DNA from: an uncultured Candidatus Binatia bacterium
Lineage (GTDB): Bacteria > Desulfobacterota > Binatia > UBA9968 > JAJDTQ01
Direction: 5' to 3'
NCBI GenBank assembly: GCA_965215605.1
Contig: OZ244070.1
Span: 2,880,001-2,944,000 of the forward strand
DNA length: 64,000 bases
Numbering within the stretch: position 1 is the first letter of the stretch; every line of letters starts with the position of its first letter. Shown piece by piece: positions 8,529 to 16,316 of the stretch. The position numbers and the translations under genes were made by a program. The notes beneath the pieces were generated by a model that did not search any database, was not told the DNA's origin, and saw nothing but the letters and a program-made list of their open reading frames with translations.

Positions 8529-10226
8529 ATGGCCGGCCAACAGCCGCCGCGGCGAAGGCACCCCGGCGCGGGCCGGCGCCGCGGCCGCGACCGTCCCAGG
8601 GGGCGGCAGGTCGACCCGGAAGCGCTGGAGCAGGTCCGCGCGCTGCTGGGTGACCGGCCGCGGCGCCGGGACCTCCTGATCGAGCACCTGCACCGCATCC
8701 AGGACCGGTACCACATGCTGTCGGCGCCCCATCTGTCGGCGCTGGCGGACGAGATGCGCCTGCCCCTGGCGGAGGTCTACGAGGTGGCGACGTTCTACGC
8801 CCACTTCGACGTGGCCCGGGACGGCAAGGCCCCGGCCGCGGAGCTCACCGTGCGGGTGTGCGACGGCCTGGTGTGCGAGATGATGGGCGCCGGGGGACTG
8901 CTGGAGGGGCTGCCCGGCGCGCTGGGAGAGGACGTTCGAGTGGCGCCGGGGCCCTGCATGGGCGGCTGTGACTGCGCTCCAATGGTGCGGGTGGAGCGCC
9001 GCACCGTGGTGAGGGCCACCGTGGACGGGGTGGCGGCCTCGGTCCGGCGTCGAGACGTGGAGCCCGAGATGCCGCCGTACAGGGACTACCGGGAATACGT
9101 GGCGGACGGCGGCTACACGCTCCTGAAGGCGTGCCTCGGGGGCGCCCCGAGCCGGGAGGAGGTGGTGGAGAAGGTGACTGCGTCCGGGCTTCGGGGTCTG
9201 GGCGGCGCCGGCTTTCCCACCGGCCGCAAGTGGCAGATCGTGCGCGGCTATCCCGGCCCGCGGCTCATGACCGTGAACGCGGACGAGGGCGAGCCCGGCA
9301 CCTTCAAGGACCGCTACTTCATGGAGGGCGACCCGCACCGGTTCCTGGAGGGGGTGCTGGTGGCGGCGTGGGCGGTGGAAGCGGAAGCCGCCTACATCTA
9401 TCTGCGGGACGAGTACGCGGAGGCCCGGGAGATCCTGTCGCGGGAGTTGCCGAAGCTTCGGGACGCCGGGCTGGACGCGCATTCGGAGGTGCATCTCCGC
9501 CGCGGCGCCGGAGCGTACATCTGCGGCGAGGAGTCGGCCATGATCGAGAGCATCGAGGGCAAGCGCGGGCTGCCGCGGCACCGGCCGCCCTACGTCGCCG
9601 AGACAGGCCTGTTCGGCCGGCCCACCCTGGTGCAGAACGTCGAGACCCTCTACTGGATACGGGACATCGTCGAGAAGGGCCCGGAGTGGTTCACGGCCCA
9701 GGGCCGCAACGGCGGCGCCGGCCTCCATGCCTACTCGGTGTCAGGCCGGGTGGCGCGACCGGGAGTGAAGATCGCGCCCACCGGCATCACCGCGCGGGAA
9801 CTGATCGACGAGTATTGCGGCGGCATGCTGCCGGGCCACCGGCTCAAGGGCTACCTTCCCGGCGGCGCCTCGGGCGGCATGTTGCCGGCCTCCATGGCGG
9901 ACCTTCCGCTCCAGTTCGGGTCTTTGGAGCAGCACGGTTGTTTCGTCGGTTCTCACGGCGTCGTGGTCCTGAGCGACCATGACGACGTCAAGGCGGTGGT
10001 CCGCAACCTGATGCGGTTCTTCAAGCACGAGAGCTGCGGCCAGTGCACGCCGTGCCGGGTGGGGACGGAAAAGGCCGTGACGCTGCTGGAGCGGCCCTCG
10101 TGGGACGAGCCCCTGCTGGAGGCGCTGGGCGACGCCATGACCGACGCCTCCATCTGCGGCCTCGGACAGGCGGCGCCCAACTCGGTGCGCTGCGCCTTCC
10201 GCTACTTCCGGGAGGATCTGTCGTGA
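8529..10226 (+). CDS. NAD-dependent formate dehydrogenase beta subunit (NuoE+NuoF-like, FMN/Fe-S)
   Basis: EVATFY and 2Fe-2S Cys, GLGGAGFPTGRKW, NADEGEPGTFKDR, GAGAYICGEE and ESCGQCTPCRVG. Confidence 0.92.
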   Translation: MAGQQPPRRRHPGAGRRRGRDRPRGRQVDPEALEQVRALLGDRPRRRDLLIEHLHRIQDRYHMLSAPHLSALADEMRLPLAEVYEVATFYAHFDVARDGKAPAAELTVRVCDGLVCEMMGAGGLLEGLPGALGEDVRVAPGPCMGGCDCAPMVRVERRTVVRATVDGVAASVRRRDVEPEMPPYRDYREYVADGGYTLLKACLGGAPSREEVVEKVTASGLRGLGGAGFPTGRKWQIVRGYPGPRLMTVNADEGEPGTFKDRYFMEGDPHRFLEGVLVAAWAVEAEAAYIYLRDEYAEAREILSRELPKLRDAGLDAHSEVHLRRGAGAYICGEESAMIESIEGKRGLPRHRPPYVAETGLFGRPTLVQNVETLYWIRDIVEKGPEWFTAQGRNGGAGLHAYSVSGRVARPGVKIAPTGITARELIDEYCGGMLPGHRLKGYLPGGASGGMLPASMADLPLQFGSLEQHGCFVGSHGVVVLSDHDDVKAVVRNLMRFFKHESCGQCTPCRVGTEKAVTLLERPSWDEPLLEALGDAMTDASICGLGQAAPNSVRCAFRYFREDLS

Positions 10227-12970
10227 GCGGGCCCGTGCGGTTCATCCTCGACGGCCGCGAGGTGGAGGCCGCCGCCGGCGAGACCATCTGGCAGGCGGCC
10301 GAGCGCAACGGCACGGTGCTGCCGCACCTGTGCTACGACCCGCAACCCGGCTACCGGCCGGACGGAAACTGCCGCGCCTGCATGGTGGAGGTGGAAGGGG
10401 AGCGCGCGCTGGCCGCTTCGTGCATCCGGCGCCCGACGTCCGGCATGACCGTGAGCACCGGCAGCGAACGGGCCCGGAAGGCGCGCGGGATGGTGCTGGA
10501 GCTGTTGATGGCGGACCAGCCCCGGCGCGAGGCGGCACACGACTCCCGGTCGCGTTTGTGGCAGTGGGCCGAACGGCTGGAGGTGACGGGAAGCCGGTTC
10601 CCGGCCCGCGAGGCCCCCGCGCCCGACGCCAGCCATCCGGCCATGCGGGTGGCGCTCGACGCCTGCATCCACTGCACCCTGTGCGTGCGCGCCTGCCGCG
10701 AGGTGCAGGTGAACGACGTCATCGGCATGGCCTACCGCGGCGCCGGCGCCAAGGTGGTGTTCGACTTCGATGACCCCATGGGCGAGAGCACCTGCGTGGC
10801 CTGCGGGGAGTGCGTGCAGGCCTGTCCCACCGGCGCCCTGACGCCCGCGTCGCTGGTGGACGCCGCCGGCGTGGACAAGCGCGAGGCCCTCGACGAGGTG
10901 CCCAGCGTCTGCCCTTATTGCGGCGTGGGCTGCCAGATCGACTACCTGGTGAAGGACAATGCCATCGCCGCGGTGCGGGGGCGCCAGGGACCGTCCAACC
11001 GCGGCCGGCTGTGCGTCAAGGGGCGTTTCGGTTTCGACTACGTCAGCCATCCGCACCGGCTCACCGTCCCGCTCATCCGCCGGGAGGACGCGCCCAAGGA
11101 TGCCTCGGCCGACATCGACCCGGCGAATCCCTACAGCCATTTCCGGGAGGCCAGCTGGGAGGAGGCGTTGGACGCGGCCGCCGGCGGTCTCCGGAAGATA
11201 CGGGACCGGGACGGCGGCGGCGCCTTGGCGGGTTACGGCTCCGCCAAGGGCTCCAACGAGGAGGCGTACCTGGTGCAGAAGCTCGTGCGCACGGGCTTCG
11301 GCACCAACAACGTGGATCATTGCACCCGGCTCTGCCACGCCTCCTCGGTGGCGGCGTTGATGGAGGGCATCGGCTCCGCCGCGGTGACCGCGCCCTTCAC
11401 CGCCTGCGAGGACTCCGACGTCATCGTCGTCATCGGCGCCAACCCCACGGAGAACCATCCGGTGGCGGCCACCTATTTCAAGCAGGCCGCCAAACGCGGG
11501 GCCGAGCTTATCGTCCTGGATCCCCGGGGCCAAGCCTTGCGGCGGCACGCCACCTGGATGCTCCAGTTCAAGCCCGGCGCCGACGTGGCGCTGCTCAACG
11601 CGCTGCTCAACGTTATCGTCGAGGAAGGGCTCTACGACCGCGACTACGTGGCCGCCCACACCGAAGGTTTCGAGGAGCTGAAGCGGCACGTGGCCGAGTT
11701 CACGCCGGAAGCCATGGCGGCCGTGTGCGGCGTGGACGCCGGCACCCTGCGCTCGGTGGCGCGGCTCTACGCCGGCGCCGCCGCCGCCATGATCTTCTGG
11801 GGCATGGGCATCTCGCAGCACATCCACGGCACCGACAACGCCCGCTGCCTCATCGCCCTGGCGCTGGTCACCGGACAGGTGGGGAGGCCCGGCACCGGGC
11901 TGCACCCGCTGCGCGGCCAGAACAACGTGCAGGGAGCGTCCGACGCTGGCCTCATTCCCATGTTCTATCCCGACTACCGGCCGGTGGAGGAAGCCGGCAC
12001 GCGCCGGCGTTTCGAGGAAGTCTGGGAGATGGCGCTGGATCCAGGGCAGGGGCTCACGGTGATGGAGATCATGGACGCGGTGCATGCCGGCCAGATCAAG
12101 GGCATCTACATCATGGGCGAGAACCCGGCCATGTCGGACCCCGACGTCCGGCACGCGCGGGAAGGCCTCGCCAGGCTCGAGCATCTGGTGGTGCAGGAGA
12201 TCTTCCTCACCGAGACGGCCTTTCACGCGGACGTGGTGCTGCCGGCCTCGGCGTGGCCGGAAAAGACCGGCACCGTCACCAACAGCAACCGCCAGGTGCA
12301 GATGGGGCGGGCGGCGCTGCAGCCCCCCGCCGGTGTCCGGCAGGACTGGTGGATCATCCAGGAGCTGGCGCGGCGCATGGGCCTCGAATGGAACTACGCC
12401 GGGCCGGCCGACGTCTTCGCGGAGATGAAACGGGTCATGCCGTCCCTCGACCACATCACTTGGGACCGGGTGGAGCGGGAAAGCTCGGTGACCTATCCGT
12501 GCACGGCCCCGGACCTGCCGGGTGCCGACATCGTGTTCGGCGAGGGGTTTCCCACGGCAAGCGGACGGGGGAGGCTCGTGCCCGTGGACATCATCCCCCC
12601 CGACGAGCAACCCGACGAGGCGTTCCCGATGATCCTCAGCACCGGCCGGCAACTGGAGCACTGGCATACCGGCGCCATCACGCGGCGCGCCAGCGTGCTG
12701 GACGAGCTGGAGCCCGAGGCGGTGGCCAATCTCTCCCCCGGGGAGTTGCGCCGGCTAGGCGTGTCCCCCGGAGCGCTGGTGCGCGTATCGACCCGCCGGG
12801 GCTTCATCGAGATCAAGTCGCGGGTGGACAGCGCGGTCCCCGACGGATGCGTCTTCATTCCCTTCTGTTTCGCCGAGGCGGCGGTCAACCTTTTGACCAA
12901 CCCGGCGCTGGATCCCTACGGCAAGATTCCCGAGTACAAGTTCTGCGCGGCGCGTGTGGAGCCGCTGTAG
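10223..12970 (+). CDS. fdhA: Formate dehydrogenase alpha subunit (Mo/W-bis-MGD, Cys-liganded)
   Basis: N-terminal Fe-S domains, CPYCGVGC, DHCTRLCHASS, LRGQNNVQG and C-terminal PEYKFCA. GTG start at 10223 after GGAGG. Confidence 0.93.
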   Translation: MSGPVRFILDGREVEAAAGETIWQAAERNGTVLPHLCYDPQPGYRPDGNCRACMVEVEGERALAASCIRRPTSGMTVSTGSERARKARGMVLELLMADQPRREAAHDSRSRLWQWAERLEVTGSRFPAREAPAPDASHPAMRVALDACIHCTLCVRACREVQVNDVIGMAYRGAGAKVVFDFDDPMGESTCVACGECVQACPTGALTPASLVDAAGVDKREALDEVPSVCPYCGVGCQIDYLVKDNAIAAVRGRQGPSNRGRLCVKGRFGFDYVSHPHRLTVPLIRREDAPKDASADIDPANPYSHFREASWEEALDAAAGGLRKIRDRDGGGALAGYGSAKGSNEEAYLVQKLVRTGFGTNNVDHCTRLCHASSVAALMEGIGSAAVTAPFTACEDSDVIVVIGANPTENHPVAATYFKQAAKRGAELIVLDPRGQALRRHATWMLQFKPGADVALLNALLNVIVEEGLYDRDYVAAHTEGFEELKRHVAEFTPEAMAAVCGVDAGTLRSVARLYAGAAAAMIFWGMGISQHIHGTDNARCLIALALVTGQVGRPGTGLHPLRGQNNVQGASDAGLIPMFYPDYRPVEEAGTRRRFEEVWEMALDPGQGLTVMEIMDAVHAGQIKGIYIMGENPAMSDPDVRHAREGLARLEHLVVQEIFLTETAFHADVVLPASAWPEKTGTVTNSNRQVQMGRAALQPPAGVRQDWWIIQELARRMGLEWNYAGPADVFAEMKRVMPSLDHITWDRVERESSVTYPCTAPDLPGADIVFGEGFPTASGRGRLVPVDIIPPDEQPDEAFPMILSTGRQLEHWHTGAITRRASVLDELEPEAVANLSPGELRRLGVSPGALVRVSTRRGFIEIKSRVDSAVPDGCVFIPFCFAEAAVNLLTNPALDPYGKIPEYKFCAARVEPL

Positions 12971-13028
12971 CGGATGCGGACGAGGATGTTCGATGGCCGC
13001 CGGCAGGAGTTCCAGCGACGGCCCGGGA

Positions 13029-13100
13029 TCAGTATTCGAGCAGTACGGCGATGGCGAGGCTGACGGCGATGGACAGACCTATGACGAGCCAGACTTCCAA
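13029..13100 (-). CDS. 23-aa single-pass membrane peptide MEVWLVIGLSIAVSLAIAVLLEY
   Basis: TTG start preceded by AAAGGAGG (5-nt spacer); almost entirely hydrophobic; has its own sigma70-like promoter. Confidence 0.65.
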   Translation of the reverse strand: MEVWLVIGLSIAVSLAIAVLLEY

Positions 13101-13119
13101 GACGACCTCCTTTAAAGTA

Positions 13120-13156
13120 ACTCTAACAAAAAAAATTCTGTAAGTCAAACTTACAG
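13120..13156 (-). promoter_or_regulatory. Sigma70-like promoter TTGACT-N17-TAGAGT overlapped by palindrome CTGTAAGT-N3-ACTTACAG
   Basis: -35 at 13143-13148 and -10 at 13120-13125 on the minus strand; perfect 8-bp inverted repeat at 13138-13156. Confidence 0.65.
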
Positions 13157-13421
13157 CACTGATTCTGCGAAACCAATTCTCCGATTCAGGGTGAAACCGA
13201 GACGGCGCGTACCGGGAAACAGTCGCTTCAACGCAGATGGGAAAGGACTCCCGGCGACCGGGAGCTCAGACGGCTGACAACTCGTGAAGTCTTTTTAAAT
13301 TTAACTGGTTAGAGGGCTTTTTTCAAGTAGAGTGGACGGATCCGCCGGTCATTCTTTCAAATTGGCTAAAACGGTTGACGTTACCGTCGGCGGAGCTGCG
13401 GCGGTGTTTCGTATCGCGTCC

Positions 13422-13994
13422 TCAGAAGCTCACTTTCGGCGTCTCTCGGGCCGCTTCCTCCACCCTGAAGTACTCGGCCTTCTCAACGCCGGCCAGGTCC
13501 GCGTAGAACCGGCCCGGCAGCCTTCGCACGAACGTATTGACCGCGGTGACGCTGTCGTTGAACCGCTTTCGCTCCACCGCCAGGCGGTTCTCTGTGCCTT
13601 CGAGTTGGTCCTGGAGCTTCAGGAACGACTGGTTGGACTTCAGCTGCGGGTATTGTTCCCGAAGCACGAGCAGCCGGGACAATGCCCGCTCGAAGCCGAC
13701 GGCGGCCTGGGCCTTCTGGTTGACCGTGTTGGCCTGGAAGTAGGCTTTGCGGGCGTTGGCCACGCCCAGGAAGATCTTCTCCTCCTGCTTGGCGACCCCC
13801 TTGACCGTTTCCAGCAGGTTGGGAATCAGCTCGAAGCGCCGCTGGAGCTGGTTCTCCACCTGCGCCCACTGGTTCTTGACCCCCTCGTCCAGGGTGATGG
13901 CGCGGTTGTAGCCGTTGAGGACACAGCCGCCCGCCAGCAACACCATCCCGACGATGGCAGCCAGCCCCACCAGCAAAATTCTCGATGCGCTCAA
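13422..13994 (-). CDS. lemA: LemA family protein
   Basis: WAQVENQLQRRFELIPNL, EQYPQLK and LEGTENRLAVERKRFN. Confidence 0.95.
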   Translation of the reverse strand: MSASRILLVGLAAIVGMVLLAGGCVLNGYNRAITLDEGVKNQWAQVENQLQRRFELIPNLLETVKGVAKQEEKIFLGVANARKAYFQANTVNQKAQAAVGFERALSRLLVLREQYPQLKSNQSFLKLQDQLEGTENRLAVERKRFNDSVTAVNTFVRRLPGRFYADLAGVEKAEYFRVEEAARETPKVSF

Positions 13995-14106
13995 CCTTCT
14001 CTCCCTTCCCCTACGAGTTATCCACGGATCGTGCAGCCAGTCAACGTACGCGCCGGTTCCAAACCCGTCCGTGCCACGTCCGACAGGGAGCCGCGATCAG
14101 TGGGTG

Positions 14107-14952
14107 TCACCAGCCGGCTCCGCCGCCACCACCCCCGAAGCCGCCGCCGCCGCCGAAGGAACCCCCGAAGCCGCCGCCGAAGCCCCCTCCGAGACCTCCG
14201 CCTGAGCCACCCCAGGAACGCCCGCCGCCTCCGAGGAGGCTACCGAGGACCGCTCCCATCAGCAAACCGGAAGCCGCGCCCCGGCCTCCCCACGCCGTGC
14301 GATGACGGCGCCGGCGTAGCGAGCTCAGGAAGAACAGGCCTATCAGCACGGGCATCAGCGAGCCGCCGATGCCCGTGCCGGTCACGCGCCGCCGGCCGCT
14401 GCGGATTCGGTAGTCGGGCGCTCCGGTGAGCTTCACCCGCGCCGCGTCCGCCACCCGGTTGGCCGTGGCGACGGTGAGGGCAAACAAACCCTCGGCATAT
14501 TTTCCTGTCCTGAAGAAATCCTGGGCCACCCGTCGCGAAGCGGTGCCGGCCCAGGAGTCGGGCAGCACCCCTTCAAGGCCGTACCCGGTGTGTACCCGCA
14601 CCCTCCGCTCCTTCACGGTCAAGGTGATGAGCGCGCCGTTGTCCTTGCCCTTGCGGCCGAGCTTCCAGGCCTCGGCGTGGCGCTGCACGAAGCCGAAGAA
14701 GTCTTCTCCGTCCGTCGTGGGAACGGTCAGGACCTTGACTTGGGCCGTGGTCTTCCGCTCCAGCTCCCGCAGCCACCCCTCCATCCGCCGTTCGGTGGCG
14801 GCGTCGATGAGACCGGCCTTGTCCACCACGTACGTTCCCGGATCCTTGACCGTGACCGCCGCGCCCGCCGCCGAAGCGAGCAGCGCCAGTGCGGCAAGGC
14901 ACACGGCCAGCAGCACCGGCCCGAGCGGGAAGCGGGCGAGCCTACCAGGCAT
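14107..14952 (-). CDS. TPM domain membrane protein with Gly-rich tail (YgcG-like)
   Basis: VVDKAGLI, WKLGRKGKDNGAL, TGYGLEGVLPD and a GGGFGGGGGAGW C-terminus; adjacent to lemA. Confidence 0.92.
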   Translation of the reverse strand: MPGRLARFPLGPVLLAVCLAALALLASAAGAAVTVKDPGTYVVDKAGLIDAATERRMEGWLRELERKTTAQVKVLTVPTTDGEDFFGFVQRHAEAWKLGRKGKDNGALITLTVKERRVRVHTGYGLEGVLPDSWAGTASRRVAQDFFRTGKYAEGLFALTVATANRVADAARVKLTGAPDYRIRSGRRRVTGTGIGGSLMPVLIGLFFLSSLRRRRHRTAWGGRGAASGLLMGAVLGSLLGGGGRSWGGSGGGLGGGFGGGFGGSFGGGGGFGGGGGGAGW

Positions 14953-15664
14953 TGATATGAGTCCTCAGGGCGTCCACGTCCGCGTAAAGGGTCTTGAACT
15001 CCTCCCATCCGTGACCACTGCTGTTGTCGACGGCGCTTCGAACCCCCGGCAGCGATCGCTGAATGCCGCCCTCGACAGCCGCCACCGCATCCAGCGCCGC
15101 CCTGGGCTCGGTGTCGCCGTGCAGCCACAGCAATCCACGCAGGGACCGCAACAGGCGCTCCCCCACGTCCACCTCCACGGTCGTCAGGGCCTTGTCCCGG
15201 CCCGCCGCGGCCAGCAGTGCCTGCCGCATGCCGAGCTGGATGGTCTTGATCTCCCGCTCGCACTCGTGCCTTATGTCCGCGGCCTGGAGGGGCAGCTCCC
15301 GGAAGTAGTCCTCGCCGAACACGCAAATGTGGTGCTGGGCGATCTCCAGGAACTCGAGCGGAAAGGTATCCATGGACGCGTCGATGTATTCCGGCGTCAT
15401 GATGAGCGGCGCGGCGATGCGCGCCTTCCCGAGCCGTGGACCCTGCCGCGCCAACCGGTGCAGCATGTCCAGATCCACATCGCCCACCACGAAGACGCTC
15501 CGGGCCGTGTGGGACCGGGCATTGAAGGTGCCGGCGGCAACGGCGCCGAACAGCGTCAACGACCGGGCGTTGTCACCGGCGAGTTCCTTGAGGGTCTCCG
15601 CGTAGCGCCCGAGCGGCGCGCGCATGGATTCCGGTGCGCCTTCCAGGTTGTATTCTTCCGGCAT
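14942..15664 (-). CDS. Nucleotidyltransferase-fold protein associated with lemA/TPM operon
   Basis: SLTLFGAVAAGTF and DTFPLEFLEI; stop overlaps the TPM gene start. Confidence 0.65.
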   Translation of the reverse strand: MPEEYNLEGAPESMRAPLGRYAETLKELAGDNARSLTLFGAVAAGTFNARSHTARSVFVVGDVDLDMLHRLARQGPRLGKARIAAPLIMTPEYIDASMDTFPLEFLEIAQHHICVFGEDYFRELPLQAADIRHECEREIKTIQLGMRQALLAAAGRDKALTTVEVDVGERLLRSLRGLLWLHGDTEPRAALDAVAAVEGGIQRSLPGVRSAVDNSSGHGWEEFKTLYADVDALRTHINAW

Positions 15665-15796
15665 GTCCTGTCGCCTCCGTTGACCGAATTGCGTGTCGCT
15701 TCACTGTACCCGTAAACCGCCGGTTCCGACAGCCGGGCCGGCGCCGGTTGAACAGGCGGCACCCCGTGGGATATTCTGAACCGACGGTCAGGAGGG

Positions 15797-16075
15797 TTGA
15801 GATTGACAACCACCGGCATCCGCCACCAACCCGACGAAACGCCCCCGCTGGCCGCCTCCCTGGGCCTTGGCCTGCAACTCGCGGTGCCGAGCGCTACCGT
15901 CACCATCCTGATTCCCACGGTTTTGGGGACGGTGATCATGCTCATTGCCGCGGCCGTGGACGGGCTCGGCAACCTGGTCTCCGGCTTCGCCGGAACGGTC
16001 CCCAACACGGCCTACACCACCGCGGTATCGGTGGCTGAGCTAACCGGCGTCGCCGCCGGCGGTCTCGGGGTGGCC
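15797..16075 (+). pseudogene. Internally deleted xanthine/uracil (NCS2) permease relic
   Basis: N-terminal PDETPPLAASLGLGLQ joined directly to GTVIMLI and to DGLGNLVSGFAGTVPNTAY...ELTGVA, motifs normally hundreds of residues apart. Confidence 0.6.
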
Positions 16076-16316
16076 GCCGGCCCGCCACGGCTAGTGTGGT
16101 GCCTGGTTGATTCGCATAACAATCCGCGGGTCTTTTTCGCCGTCGGCAGCGTGGTAAGGTGCGCAGGAGTTCTTTTGTCGGCACGTGTGTACTGCTCTTG
16201 CGGGAATGGCAGGAAGCGCAAGCGCGGTGGTCGCGAAAGGCGGCTGTACGAAATGCCTGCGACCCGTTGCGTTTCGTCGCGCACGATGGATCAAGGAATT
16301 CGCGGAGGGCGAAGAG

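Noticed and set aside
13178-13250. Moco/Wco riboswitch-like words (CTCCGA...AGGGT...GAAA...GGAAAGGA)
   Set aside because: It lies downstream of fdh with no plus-strand gene following, and the CCTCCC pairing strand is absent; an Rfam scan is needed.
14110-14230. GGCGGC-rich tandem repeats
   Set aside because: They simply encode the Gly-rich tail typical of TPM proteins.
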